This document shows positions 7,479 through 15,773 of a stretch of DNA of 35,901 bases, piece after piece. The stretch is from assembly GCA_023473845.1 (NCBI GenBank), contig JAMCYA010000013.1:1-35901 (forward strand). The letters run 5' to 3'. The notes below the pieces were generated by a model. The model ran no database searches. It was given only the letters and a program-made list of their open reading frames with translations, and had not been told where the DNA came from. The number at the start of each line of letters is the position of its first letter. Positions within the stretch are counted from its first letter, which is position 1. This DNA comes from Patescibacteria group bacterium. GTDB taxonomy: Bacteria > Patescibacteriota > Doudnabacteria > UBA920. A program made the translations under genes and the position numbers.

Positions 7479-9209
7479 ATGGAAACCCCAGACACAATCA
7501 CTTTATTTGCAAAAACCAACTTCCGGAACCGCGAAGTGCCTTTTGGCATTAAGACTGATGACCGTCGGCGCCATATGTACCTGATCGGCAAGACAGGCAT
7601 GGGCAAAACCACGGTTATGGAGAATATGGCCATTCAGGATATCCGCAACGGTCACGGCCTGGCCTTCTTGGATCCGCACGGCGATTCCATCCAGCGGATT
7701 TTGGACTGCGTGCCGCCCAGCCGCGTCAATGACGTGGTGTATTTCAATCCCGCAGACTTAGAAAATCCCATTGCCTTTAACATTCTGGAGTCCGTGGAAA
7801 GCCGCTACAAGCACTTGGTGGCTTCCGGCCTGATGGGGGTTTTTACTAAAATCTGGGCCAATGTCTGGTCAGCCCGCATGGAGTACATCCTCAATAACAC
7901 CGTGCTGGCCCTTCTGGAAAGCCCGGGCAACACGCTGCTGGGCATTACCCGCATGTATGTGGACAAAAAATATCGCAAGCGCATCGTGGACAACATTAAG
8001 GACCCCGTAGTCAGGGCGTTTTGGACCGACGAATACGCCAACTACAACGAAAAGTACCGCACTGAGGCCATTGCGCCGATTCAGAACAAGGTGGGGCAAT
8101 TTTTGTCGTCCGCGATTGTCCGAAACATCGTGGGCCAGCCCAAAAGCACTATTGACCTTCGGGAAATTATGGACAAAAAGAAAATTTTAATTATGGATTT
8201 GTCCAAAGGCCGCGTAGGCGAAAATAATTCCGCCCTGCTCGGTTCCATGCTGGTCACCAAACTGCAGCTCGCCGCCATGTCCCGCACCGACATGCCCGAA
8301 AACGAGCGCTCCGACTTTTACCTGTACGTGGACGAGTTCCAAAACTTTGCCACGGACAGCTTTGCTACCATTTTGAGCGAAGCCCGGAAATACCGCTTAA
8401 ACCTGATTGTCGGCCACCAGTATATCGCCCAGCTGGAAAACGACAAAAGCACCAAGGTGAGGGATGCTATTTTCGGGAACGTGGGTACCATGGTTATCTT
8501 TCGCATAGGCGCAGCTGACGCCGAATTTTTGGAAACGGAGTTTGCCCCCACATTCACCCCGACCGATATGGTAAATCTGCCCAAGTATCACGTTATTTTA
8601 AAACTGATGATCAACGGCGTTGCCAGCGAGCCGTTTTCAGCCGTCACCATCCCCGCCAGCCCCGACTATTTTACGGGCAACTTTGAAAAAGTACTGAAAG
8701 TTTCCAGGGAGCGCTACAGCAACCCCGTGGCCGAAGTGGAAGAAAGGATTACCCGCTGGATGGGCGCGGATTACCACCAGGGGGCGGCGCTGCTAATTGG
8801 CAAAGAGCCCGCAGAAGAGGATGAAGACGAGGAAAAAACAAACGCTGAAGAAGAATTGCCGCCCATGCAAGCGCCGGAGGAGGCCCCCAGCCACACGGTA
8901 AGCGTGCAGGCGCTGCCGGTCCAGTCTAAACCTAAAAGCGCGCCCAGGCAGGAAGTGCAAAAACAGCAAAATCGGCATCCGCAGCAGAGCCAGCAACCCA
9001 GGCCGCCCAAAAGACCTAATCCATTAGCCCATAAAAAACAGGTTAAACCCAAAAAAGAAAACCCTATTTGGGATACGGTTGCCGCCATGCAAAAAGATAG
9101 GCAGGTTTTTTCCGCCCCGGCTCCTGAGGCTCCGCAACCTGACCCGCCTCAGCCTGAACCGGCCCAAGCCAAAACCGTAATTTTGCCCAACCAGCCACAC
9201 AGATTCTAA
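7479..9209 (+). CDS. VirD4/TraD/TrwB-like (type IV coupling protein family) P-loop ATPase with no TM anchor and a disordered C-terminal tail
   Basis: Walker A LIGKTGMGKTT, then FLDPHGD, Walker B FYLYVDEFQNF, and ARKYRLNLIVGHQYIAQL. There is no N-terminal hydrophobic segment. The last ~150 aa are an E/P/Q/K-rich low-complexity region. Confidence 0.75.
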   Translation: METPDTITLFAKTNFRNREVPFGIKTDDRRRHMYLIGKTGMGKTTVMENMAIQDIRNGHGLAFLDPHGDSIQRILDCVPPSRVNDVVYFNPADLENPIAFNILESVESRYKHLVASGLMGVFTKIWANVWSARMEYILNNTVLALLESPGNTLLGITRMYVDKKYRKRIVDNIKDPVVRAFWTDEYANYNEKYRTEAIAPIQNKVGQFLSSAIVRNIVGQPKSTIDLREIMDKKKILIMDLSKGRVGENNSALLGSMLVTKLQLAAMSRTDMPENERSDFYLYVDEFQNFATDSFATILSEARKYRLNLIVGHQYIAQLENDKSTKVRDAIFGNVGTMVIFRIGAADAEFLETEFAPTFTPTDMVNLPKYHVILKLMINGVASEPFSAVTIPASPDYFTGNFEKVLKVSRERYSNPVAEVEERITRWMGADYHQGAALLIGKEPAEEDEDEEKTNAEEELPPMQAPEEAPSHTVSVQALPVQSKPKSAPRQEVQKQQNRHPQQSQQPRPPKRPNPLAHKKQVKPKKENPIWDTVAAMQKDRQVFSAPAPEAPQPDPPQPEPAQAKTVILPNQPHRF

Positions 9210-9211
9210 AC

Positions 9212-9239
9212 AAAAAACCTCCCGAAAGGGAGGTTTTTT
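9212..9239. terminator. Bidirectional rho-independent terminator between the ATPase gene and trxA
   Basis: AAAAAA, then stem cctccc, loop gaaa, stem gggagg, then TTTTTT (stem at 9218-9223 / 9228-9233). Confidence 0.75.
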
Positions 9240-9253
9240 AAATTTGGACAAGC

Positions 9254-9574
9254 TTATACCAGCTTTTTAATAGCTTCTTCGAATTGGGCTTTGGGTGCTG
9301 CGCCGATTATCTCGTTAACTATCTTGCCGTCTTTGAAATATTTCATTGTCGGGATGCTCATTACGCCGTAACGTGAAGCCAGTTCGTTGTTTTCATCCAC
9401 ATTTACCTTGCCTACTTTGATTTTGCCTTCGTATTCCTTGGCCAGTTCTTCGATTACCGGAGCTACTGCCCGGCAAGGCCCGCACCATACTGCCCAAAAA
9501 TCCACGAGTACCGGAATGGGCGAGTTTAAGACTTCTTTTTCAAAATTTCCGCTGTTTAAAGTGATTTCACTCAT
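9254..9574 (-). CDS. trxA: Thioredoxin
   Basis: 106 aa with the WCGPC active site and a canonical thioredoxin layout (VLVDFWAVWCGPCR ... IPTMKYFKDGK). Confidence 0.95.
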   Translation of the reverse strand: MSEITLNSGNFEKEVLNSPIPVLVDFWAVWCGPCRAVAPVIEELAKEYEGKIKVGKVNVDENNELASRYGVMSIPTMKYFKDGKIVNEIIGAAPKAQFEEAIKKLV

Positions 9575-9606
9575 ATTTTGTTGGGATATTTTTTAATCTG
9601 CAATTC

Positions 9607-9635
9607 ATCTTATCCACAATTTTTTCTTTTGTCAA
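9607..9635 (-). promoter_or_regulatory. trxA promoter
   Basis: Read on the minus strand: TTGACA (9635-9630), 17 nt spacer, TAAGAT (9612-9607). Confidence 0.5.
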
Positions 9636-9668
9636 CCATGCTTTATAATGAGAATATACGCATTTTAC

Positions 9669-10646
9669 ATGGAACAGACACAAAAACAAAAACTTTTAAA
9701 AAGGATATTCTGGAGCGCGGTTTTTTTTAATTTTTTAGCCATGACCGGGCTCGGGTTATGGGTTTTTTTGAAACCCGGGCCTGCCGAGCGCGGTTTTGCG
9801 GCTCAGGACCCCGCGCCCCAGGTTTTAGGAGCCATTTCCGCCCCGCTCCGGGGGCCGGAGCAGCCTGTATTGCCCCGCCTGTTTGAGGAAACAGGCCAGC
9901 TGAAATTGGACGGCGTGTCTGCCAAGAGCTTTTTAGTCTACGACGCCGAAACCGGCCAGGATTTGCTGGCCCGCGACCCGGACCAGCGTTTAGGTATCGC
10001 CAGCCTGACCAAGCTGCTTACGGCTTATACGGCTTACCAGCAGTTAAACATGGCAGGGGAGATTATCGTGCCTTCCAGCACGGATTCCAGCATTAGCCCA
10101 AGCCTGAAGCTCCGGCCCGGCGACCGGATTAAAACCCTGGATATTTTCAATGCCATGCTGGTGGGCTCGGAAAACGACGCTGCCGGCGTATTGGCTTCGG
10201 TGGTAAAAACCCAGACCGGGCAAAGCACAGTAAGCCTGATGAACCAAGTAGCCCAAGGCTTGGGCATGAACAGTTCCCATTTTGGCAACCCGTTCGGGTT
10301 TGACTACGGAAATAATTATTCTACGGCCAATGATTTAAAAAAGCTGGTCAACCAGACCCAGGAGCTGCGTGCTTTTACCGCTCTGGAGTCTAAAACCGGG
10401 TATTCGTTTAAGGGCAGTTTTAACGAAACCTACCGGGCGCGGGCCACCAACAAGCTGGTAGGCAGCAGAAAAAACATTTACGCGATTAAGACAGGCTACA
10501 CTGAAACCACTCTGGGCTCCATTGCGCTGAAAACCTACGTTGAAGGGCACCCGGTGGTGGTAATTGTCCTGGGCAGCCAGAACAGGGAGGCAGATGCCTT
10601 AAGACTGATAGATGAAGTAATAAAAAATTTCCGTTTGGCTAAATAG
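9669..10646 (+). CDS. D-alanyl-D-alanine carboxypeptidase (S11, PBP5-type), membrane anchored
   Basis: SxxK (ASLTK), SxN (SEND) and KTG (KTGYT) motifs plus an N-terminal TM helix. The track start at 9648 lies inside a TATAAT box (9644-9649), so ATG 9669 is preferred. Confidence 0.85.
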   Translation: MEQTQKQKLLKRIFWSAVFFNFLAMTGLGLWVFLKPGPAERGFAAQDPAPQVLGAISAPLRGPEQPVLPRLFEETGQLKLDGVSAKSFLVYDAETGQDLLARDPDQRLGIASLTKLLTAYTAYQQLNMAGEIIVPSSTDSSISPSLKLRPGDRIKTLDIFNAMLVGSENDAAGVLASVVKTQTGQSTVSLMNQVAQGLGMNSSHFGNPFGFDYGNNYSTANDLKKLVNQTQELRAFTALESKTGYSFKGSFNETYRARATNKLVGSRKNIYAIKTGYTETTLGSIALKTYVEGHPVVVIVLGSQNREADALRLIDEVIKNFRLAK

Positions 10647-10650
10647 TTAT

Positions 10651-10679
10651 TTGGGAAAACGCGCGTTTTGTGGTAAAAT
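10651..10679 (+). promoter_or_regulatory. Promoter with extended -10 upstream of mraY
   Basis: TTGGGA (10651-10656), 17 nt spacer, TGg-TAAAAT (10671-10679). The -10 box ends 9 nt before the mraY ATG, so the leader is only about 2-3 nt. Confidence 0.55.
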
Positions 10680-10688
10680 AAAGCCAAT

Positions 10689-11726
10689 ATGGTTGACTCA
10701 ATCCTCAACAAGATTTTCACGCTATCCTCGCTTTCTTTTATTGCCGCTTTCCTGGTTACCCCGCTTTTAACCGCTTTTCTTTACCGCAACAAATTGGGCA
10801 AGCAGATCCGCAACGACGGCAGCACGCCTCTCTTTTCCAAACTTCATGCCAGCAAGGCCGGTACGCCTACAATGGGCGGCGTGCTGGTTTGGGGCACAAC
10901 CTGCGCCTTGGCCGGCTTGCTCTGGCTGCTAAAAACTTTTACGGACTGGTCCTGGGCCGCACATTTAAATTTTTTGACGCGCAAAGAAACCCTGCTGCCT
11001 TTAGGCGCTTTTTTGGGGGCATCGCTGGTGGGCTTGGTTGATGATTGGCTGGATGCCCGGCGCTTGGGCCACAATGGCCGGGGACTCAGGTTCCGTTCCA
11101 AGCTTTGGCTGTACGTGCTGGTGGCGGCCATCGGTGCCTGGTGGTTTTATTTTAAGCTGGATTTTTCCTCCATCCACGTGCCTTTCTACGGCTCCATCGA
11201 TTTAGGCTGGTGGTACATTCCTTTTTTTATTTTTACGGTGGTGGCAACCAGTTTTTCGGTCAACCAGACTGATGGTTTGGACGGTTTGGCCGGCGGGATA
11301 CTTTCTTTGGCCTTCTTCGGCTTTGCGCTGATTGCCTACATTCAAGGCAAAAACGACTTAGCCAGCCTGCTTGGCGTGGTGTGCGGCTCACTTCTCGCTT
11401 TTCTGTGGTTTAATGTCTACCCTGCCCGGTTCTTTATGGGCGATACGGGCTCCATGGGACTGGGCGTGCTCCTGGCCGTGGTCGCTTTCCTTACCAACTC
11501 CGTGCTGCTTATCCCGATTATCGGCGTAATTTTTTTACTGGAAGCCCTTTCCACAATTATCCAAATTTTTTCCAAAAAGTTTCTGGGCCGGAAAGTTTTC
11601 CTTTCCTCGCCCCTGCACAACCATTTTCAGGCGATTGGCTGGCCGGAAACAAAAATCACCATGCGTTTTTGGATTATTTCCGCGGTCATGAGCATTGTCG
11701 GCGTTATTATTTATTTCATAACCTAA
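10689..11726 (+). CDS. mraY: Phospho-N-acetylmuramoyl-pentapeptide transferase
   Basis: Polytopic membrane protein with the NQTDGLDGLAGG and GDTGSMGLG signature blocks. Confidence 0.95.
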   Translation: MVDSILNKIFTLSSLSFIAAFLVTPLLTAFLYRNKLGKQIRNDGSTPLFSKLHASKAGTPTMGGVLVWGTTCALAGLLWLLKTFTDWSWAAHLNFLTRKETLLPLGAFLGASLVGLVDDWLDARRLGHNGRGLRFRSKLWLYVLVAAIGAWWFYFKLDFSSIHVPFYGSIDLGWWYIPFFIFTVVATSFSVNQTDGLDGLAGGILSLAFFGFALIAYIQGKNDLASLLGVVCGSLLAFLWFNVYPARFFMGDTGSMGLGVLLAVVAFLTNSVLLIPIIGVIFLLEALSTIIQIFSKKFLGRKVFLSSPLHNHFQAIGWPETKITMRFWIISAVMSIVGVIIYFIT

Positions 11727-11730
11727 CCTT

Positions 11731-13296
11731 ATGTATTCGCTGTTAATCAAAAATTGCCAGCTGGTGGACGGCACCGGCGAGCCGTCCCGCAAGGCCGACG
11801 TGGCCATCCAGGGCGACAAAATTGTCAACATTGACCAAAGCATCAACATTGAGGCGGAAAGCGTTATTGATGCGGGCGGCAAAGTGCTGGCCCCGGGCTT
11901 TGTTGATTTGCAGAACCACAGCGACAGCTACTGGCAGGTTTTTGACAATCCCCGGTTTGACAGCCTAGTTACCCAAGGCTTTACCAGCATTGTCATCGGC
12001 AACTGCGGGGCCAGTTTAGCGCCGCTCTTGTCGCACGACGCGCTTTTGTCCGTGCAGAAATGGCATAACCTGGAAGGCGCAAACATCAACTGGCAGTCGT
12101 TCAGTGAGTACATTGAGGAGCTTTCCCGCCACCGTTTCGCCTGCAACGTGGCCAGCCTGGTGGGGTATTCCACCTTAAGGCGCGGCATTGTCGGCGACCA
12201 GGTGCGGAGCCTGGAGAAAGAAGAGCTGGCGGCCTTAAAAAAATTCTTGTCCGAAAGCATTGATGCCGGCGCTTTCGGCATGTCCAGCGGCCTGTCCTAC
12301 TCGCACGAGATTATTATTTCCGAAATCGAACTCTACGAACTGGCCAAAATCTTGACCCAAAAAAAAGCCTTGTTTTCCATCCATTTGCGCAGCGAAGGTT
12401 CGGAAGTCTCCGAGGCCGTGGAAGAATCCCTGGATATTGCGCGCAGCACGGAAGTCAACTTGAAAATTTCCCATTTCAAAGTCCGCAACGAAAATAACTG
12501 GCAAAAATTCGAGGAAGTCATCCAGAAGATCGAAAATGCCTACCATAAAGGCTATAACGTGCACTTTGACGCATACCCTTACACTGCAATCTGGCAGCCG
12601 CTGTATGCTTATCTGCCGCGCTGGGCGATTGAGGGCGGACGGCAGGTGATGCTCAAGCATTTTGAAAATCCCATCCAGAAAAATAAAATTTTGTCCTACC
12701 TCAACAACCTCAACGTCAAATTCCCTTCCATGCTGGTAGCCTCCACGGCCAATAAGCTGAATTTCATGGGCAAGACCATCGGGCAGATTGCCAAAAATAT
12801 GGAAGTCTCCAGCGAACAGGCGGTTTTGCACATTATTCAGAACGGCGGCAGCGAGGTTCTGGTCTTTGAAGAAAGCCTCAATCCCGACCAGGTTAAACAG
12901 GCAATTTTCCATCCGCTCTCGTTTGTGGCTACGGATGGCGGCGGTTTTCCGGAAACGGTTAAAGACAAGCTGGTGCACCCGCGCTGTTTCGGCAGCGCCC
13001 CGAAATTTTTAAACATGGCCCTGGCTGAAAACGCCATGCCGCTGGAAAAAGCCATTAAGAAACTGACTTCGGGGCCGGCAGCCAAAATTGGCCTCAAAAA
13101 GCGGGGTGAAATTAAGATTGGCAATTTTGCGGATTTGGTTATTTTCGATCCGGCCAAAATTGGCTCCCAGGCCAGCTACCAAAACCCTTACCAATTCAGC
13201 CAGGGAATCGATTACGTATTCGTCAACGGCAAGCCCGCGCTGGCTGAAGGCAAGCTCACCAGCCAGCTGCCCGGCTATGTCTTAAGGAAAAGCTAA
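11731..13296 (+). CDS. Amidohydrolase-superfamily enzyme, N-acyl-D-amino-acid deacylase (D-aminoacylase)-like
   Basis: Start MYSLLIKNCQLVDGTG, then GFVDLQNHSD (QxH in place of HxH), IGNCGAS, SIHLRSEG, ISHFKV and ATDGGG blocks, in the order expected for D-aminoacylases. Confidence 0.7.
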   Translation: MYSLLIKNCQLVDGTGEPSRKADVAIQGDKIVNIDQSINIEAESVIDAGGKVLAPGFVDLQNHSDSYWQVFDNPRFDSLVTQGFTSIVIGNCGASLAPLLSHDALLSVQKWHNLEGANINWQSFSEYIEELSRHRFACNVASLVGYSTLRRGIVGDQVRSLEKEELAALKKFLSESIDAGAFGMSSGLSYSHEIIISEIELYELAKILTQKKALFSIHLRSEGSEVSEAVEESLDIARSTEVNLKISHFKVRNENNWQKFEEVIQKIENAYHKGYNVHFDAYPYTAIWQPLYAYLPRWAIEGGRQVMLKHFENPIQKNKILSYLNNLNVKFPSMLVASTANKLNFMGKTIGQIAKNMEVSSEQAVLHIIQNGGSEVLVFEESLNPDQVKQAIFHPLSFVATDGGGFPETVKDKLVHPRCFGSAPKFLNMALAENAMPLEKAIKKLTSGPAAKIGLKKRGEIKIGNFADLVIFDPAKIGSQASYQNPYQFSQGIDYVFVNGKPALAEGKLTSQLPGYVLRKS

Positions 13297-13298
13297 AC

Positions 13299-14660
13299 AT
13301 GTTAAGCGAGTTGCGCCAGAAAAAAATTGCCGTTTTGGGTTTCGGCGTGGAAGGCAAAACGGTTATAGGCTATCTCTCAAGGCACGGCATAAAACCCGTG
13401 CTCTTTGATCAAAGTCCGGCAAATAGCTTTTCCGTGGCAGACCGCCAGTTCATAAAACGGCATTGCGGGGCCGCGGTATTCGGCAAACAGGCTTTTTTCA
13501 AGCTCCAGGGCTTCGAGGTGATTTTTAAAAGCCCGGGGATTCCGCCGAGGGAACTAAAGCGGCTGCCTAAAACAGCAAAGCTTACCAGCCAGACCGCGGA
13601 ATTTTTGCAGGCTTACAGCCAACGCACTATCGGGGTAACCGGCACCAAAGGCAAGGGCACAACCAGCACGCTTATTTATGAAATGCTGAAAGCGGCCGGC
13701 CGGCCGGCTTACCTTACGGGCAACATCGGCAAATTGCAGGCTTTGGAAATTTACGACAAGCTGAAGCCGGCCGACTGGGTTGTATTTGAACTTTCCAGTT
13801 TCCAGTTGCGCGAAGTCCAGGCCAGCCCGCATATTGCCGTAGTGCTCATGACCACTAGCGAACATTTAAACTGGCACAGAGGCCGAGGGGATTATTGGCA
13901 AAGCAAAACCGGGATTACCCGGTTTCAGCAAAAGAAAGATTTTGCCGTCGTTAACCAGGATTACCCAGGTTCGAAAGCCGTGGGCCGGCTGGGCCGGGGC
14001 CAAAAAAGTTACGTCAGCCGTTTTGGAAGCGTACCCCAGGGCTGCTGCGTATTAGACGGAAAAATCGTACTCAAAAAAGCCAAGCAGGTTTTGCCGATTA
14101 TCCCCGTATCCGAATTGGCGTTGATTGGCGAGCACAACTGGGAAAACGCCTGCGCTGCAAGCGAGGCGGCCCATTTGGCCGGCTGCGGCCTGGCGGCAAT
14201 CAGAAAAGTTTTGCGCCAATTCCGCGGCCTGGAACACCGCTTGGAGTTTGCGGGTCAAAAAGCCGGGATCAAATATTATAACGATTCCTTTTCCACCATT
14301 CCGGAAACCACCATGGCGGCAATTCGGGCCTTTGGGGAGCCTGTTGTGCTGCTGCTCGGAGGTTCGGGTAAAAATTCCAACTTCCGGCCGTTAGCCAAAA
14401 TGCTGGCCGAACAGAGCAACCTGCGCAAGGCCGTGGTTTATGGCAGCGAAGCGCCGCGCATCCTGGCTGCGCTCAGGTACGCCCGCATGCCCGCGGAAAA
14501 AATCGCCACGGGCGGCAAAACTTTTTCCGCCGTGTTCCGGCAAGCCCGGTCTGCGGCCAAAAAAGGTGATGTGGTGCTGCTCAGCCCAGCCTGCGCCTCC
14601 TTTGATATGTTCAAAAACTACAAACAGCGCGGCGAAACTTTTAAGCGCCTGGTGAAATAA
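13299..14660 (+). CDS. murD: UDP-N-acetylmuramoylalanine--D-glutamate ligase
   Basis: Mur ligase P-loop GVTGTKGKGTTS, LEHRLE, and position between mraY and ftsW. Confidence 0.9.
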   Translation: MLSELRQKKIAVLGFGVEGKTVIGYLSRHGIKPVLFDQSPANSFSVADRQFIKRHCGAAVFGKQAFFKLQGFEVIFKSPGIPPRELKRLPKTAKLTSQTAEFLQAYSQRTIGVTGTKGKGTTSTLIYEMLKAAGRPAYLTGNIGKLQALEIYDKLKPADWVVFELSSFQLREVQASPHIAVVLMTTSEHLNWHRGRGDYWQSKTGITRFQQKKDFAVVNQDYPGSKAVGRLGRGQKSYVSRFGSVPQGCCVLDGKIVLKKAKQVLPIIPVSELALIGEHNWENACAASEAAHLAGCGLAAIRKVLRQFRGLEHRLEFAGQKAGIKYYNDSFSTIPETTMAAIRAFGEPVVLLLGGSGKNSNFRPLAKMLAEQSNLRKAVVYGSEAPRILAALRYARMPAEKIATGGKTFSAVFRQARSAAKKGDVVLLSPACASFDMFKNYKQRGETFKRLVK

Positions 14661-14665
14661 TCCTT

Positions 14666-15769
14666 ATGGTAAAAAAAAGCTCCAACTTCGATTATGCTTT
14701 GCTGGGCATCACTCTGGCGCTTTTGGCCGTAGGCCTGGTTTCCCTCTATTCGGCTTCGGCCGTGGAATCTTTCAAGCATTCGGGCAACTCCACTTATTAC
14801 ATACAAAAGCAGCTGCTGAGCGGGGTGGTCTTCGGGCTAATCGGCATGTACGTTGCCTCCCGGATTGATTACCATTTTTGGCAGAAAAATCTGCCTTTGC
14901 TGGTGGTGGTTTCCTTGGGTTTGCTGGCGGCCACCAAGCTGACGCCTTTGGGCGTGTCTGCGGGCGGGGCGAGCCGCTGGCTGAATTTGGGTTTTACTAC
15001 TTTTCAGCCCGCAGAGCTGGCTAAAATCGTTTTGGTTTTTTACATTGCCGCCTGGATCGGAAAAAAGGGCAAGGCCATTAACGATTTTACCTTAGGCCTC
15101 TTGCCGTCACTGATAATTGTGGCCTTATTTGCGGGCATGATTTTGTGGCAGCCCGATTTTGGCACCATGTCCGTGCTCGTGGGCGTATCTTTTTTTATGC
15201 TGATTGTCGGGGGTGTCAACTGGAAATATTTATTCTGGGCCGCAGTATCCGGTTTCCTGCTGACCTATGCCATTGTCCACTTCGAGCCCTATCGCTTAAA
15301 GCGCATTACTGCCTTCCTGAATCCCGCCTCCGATCCGCAGGGCATCAGCTACCATGTAAACCAAGCGCTTTTGGCCGTGGGCTCCGGCGGGCTGTGGGGT
15401 TATGGCTACGGCCTCTCGCGCCAAAAACACAGCTATCTGCCCGAAGTTATGGGTGATTCCATTTTTGCGGTCACGGCCGAAGAATTGGGCTTTATCCGGA
15501 TTACCGCCATTCTCGGGCTATTTGTCGCTTTTTTAATCCGAGGCATTACTCTGGCCAAAAAAGCGCCCGACGAATTTGGCCGCCTGACCGCTTTTGGAAT
15601 CACGGCCTGGATTGCCTTACAGGCCATAATCAACATCGGAGCCATGGTTAAACTGCTGCCTTTAACCGGCATTCCGCTGCCTTTTTTCAGCTATGGCAGC
15701 TCTGCCATGCTGATTAACCTGTCTGCCGTAGGCGTTTTGCTGAATATTTCCAGGCAAGCCAAAACTTAA
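14666..15769 (+). CDS. ftsW: SEDS-family peptidoglycan glycosyltransferase FtsW
   Basis: Ten-TM SEDS pattern (QPAELAKI, QPDFGT, LPEVMGDSIFAV, PLPFFSYGGS-like PLPFFSYGSS), immediately downstream of murD. Confidence 0.85.
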   Translation: MVKKSSNFDYALLGITLALLAVGLVSLYSASAVESFKHSGNSTYYIQKQLLSGVVFGLIGMYVASRIDYHFWQKNLPLLVVVSLGLLAATKLTPLGVSAGGASRWLNLGFTTFQPAELAKIVLVFYIAAWIGKKGKAINDFTLGLLPSLIIVALFAGMILWQPDFGTMSVLVGVSFFMLIVGGVNWKYLFWAAVSGFLLTYAIVHFEPYRLKRITAFLNPASDPQGISYHVNQALLAVGSGGLWGYGYGLSRQKHSYLPEVMGDSIFAVTAEELGFIRITAILGLFVAFLIRGITLAKKAPDEFGRLTAFGITAWIALQAIINIGAMVKLLPLTGIPLPFFSYGSSAMLINLSAVGVLLNISRQAKT

Positions 15770-15773
15770 AACC

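Noticed and set aside
10657-10670. Palindrome aaaacgcgcgtttt after the carboxypeptidase gene as a terminator
   Set aside because: The stem has only about 5 bp, mostly A-T, with a minimal loop. It lies inside the spacer of the mraY promoter and is too weak to call.
12235-12978. Other long antisense ORFs (12235-12978, 19933-20601, 32108-32683, 1777-2400, 26514-27110, 27340-27903, 29734-30261, 30887-31417)
   Set aside because: Each is the complement of a gene with unambiguous conserved motifs (amidohydrolase, lepA, atpA, L,D-transpeptidase and others). They are open only because the sense genes avoid the codons complementary to stops.
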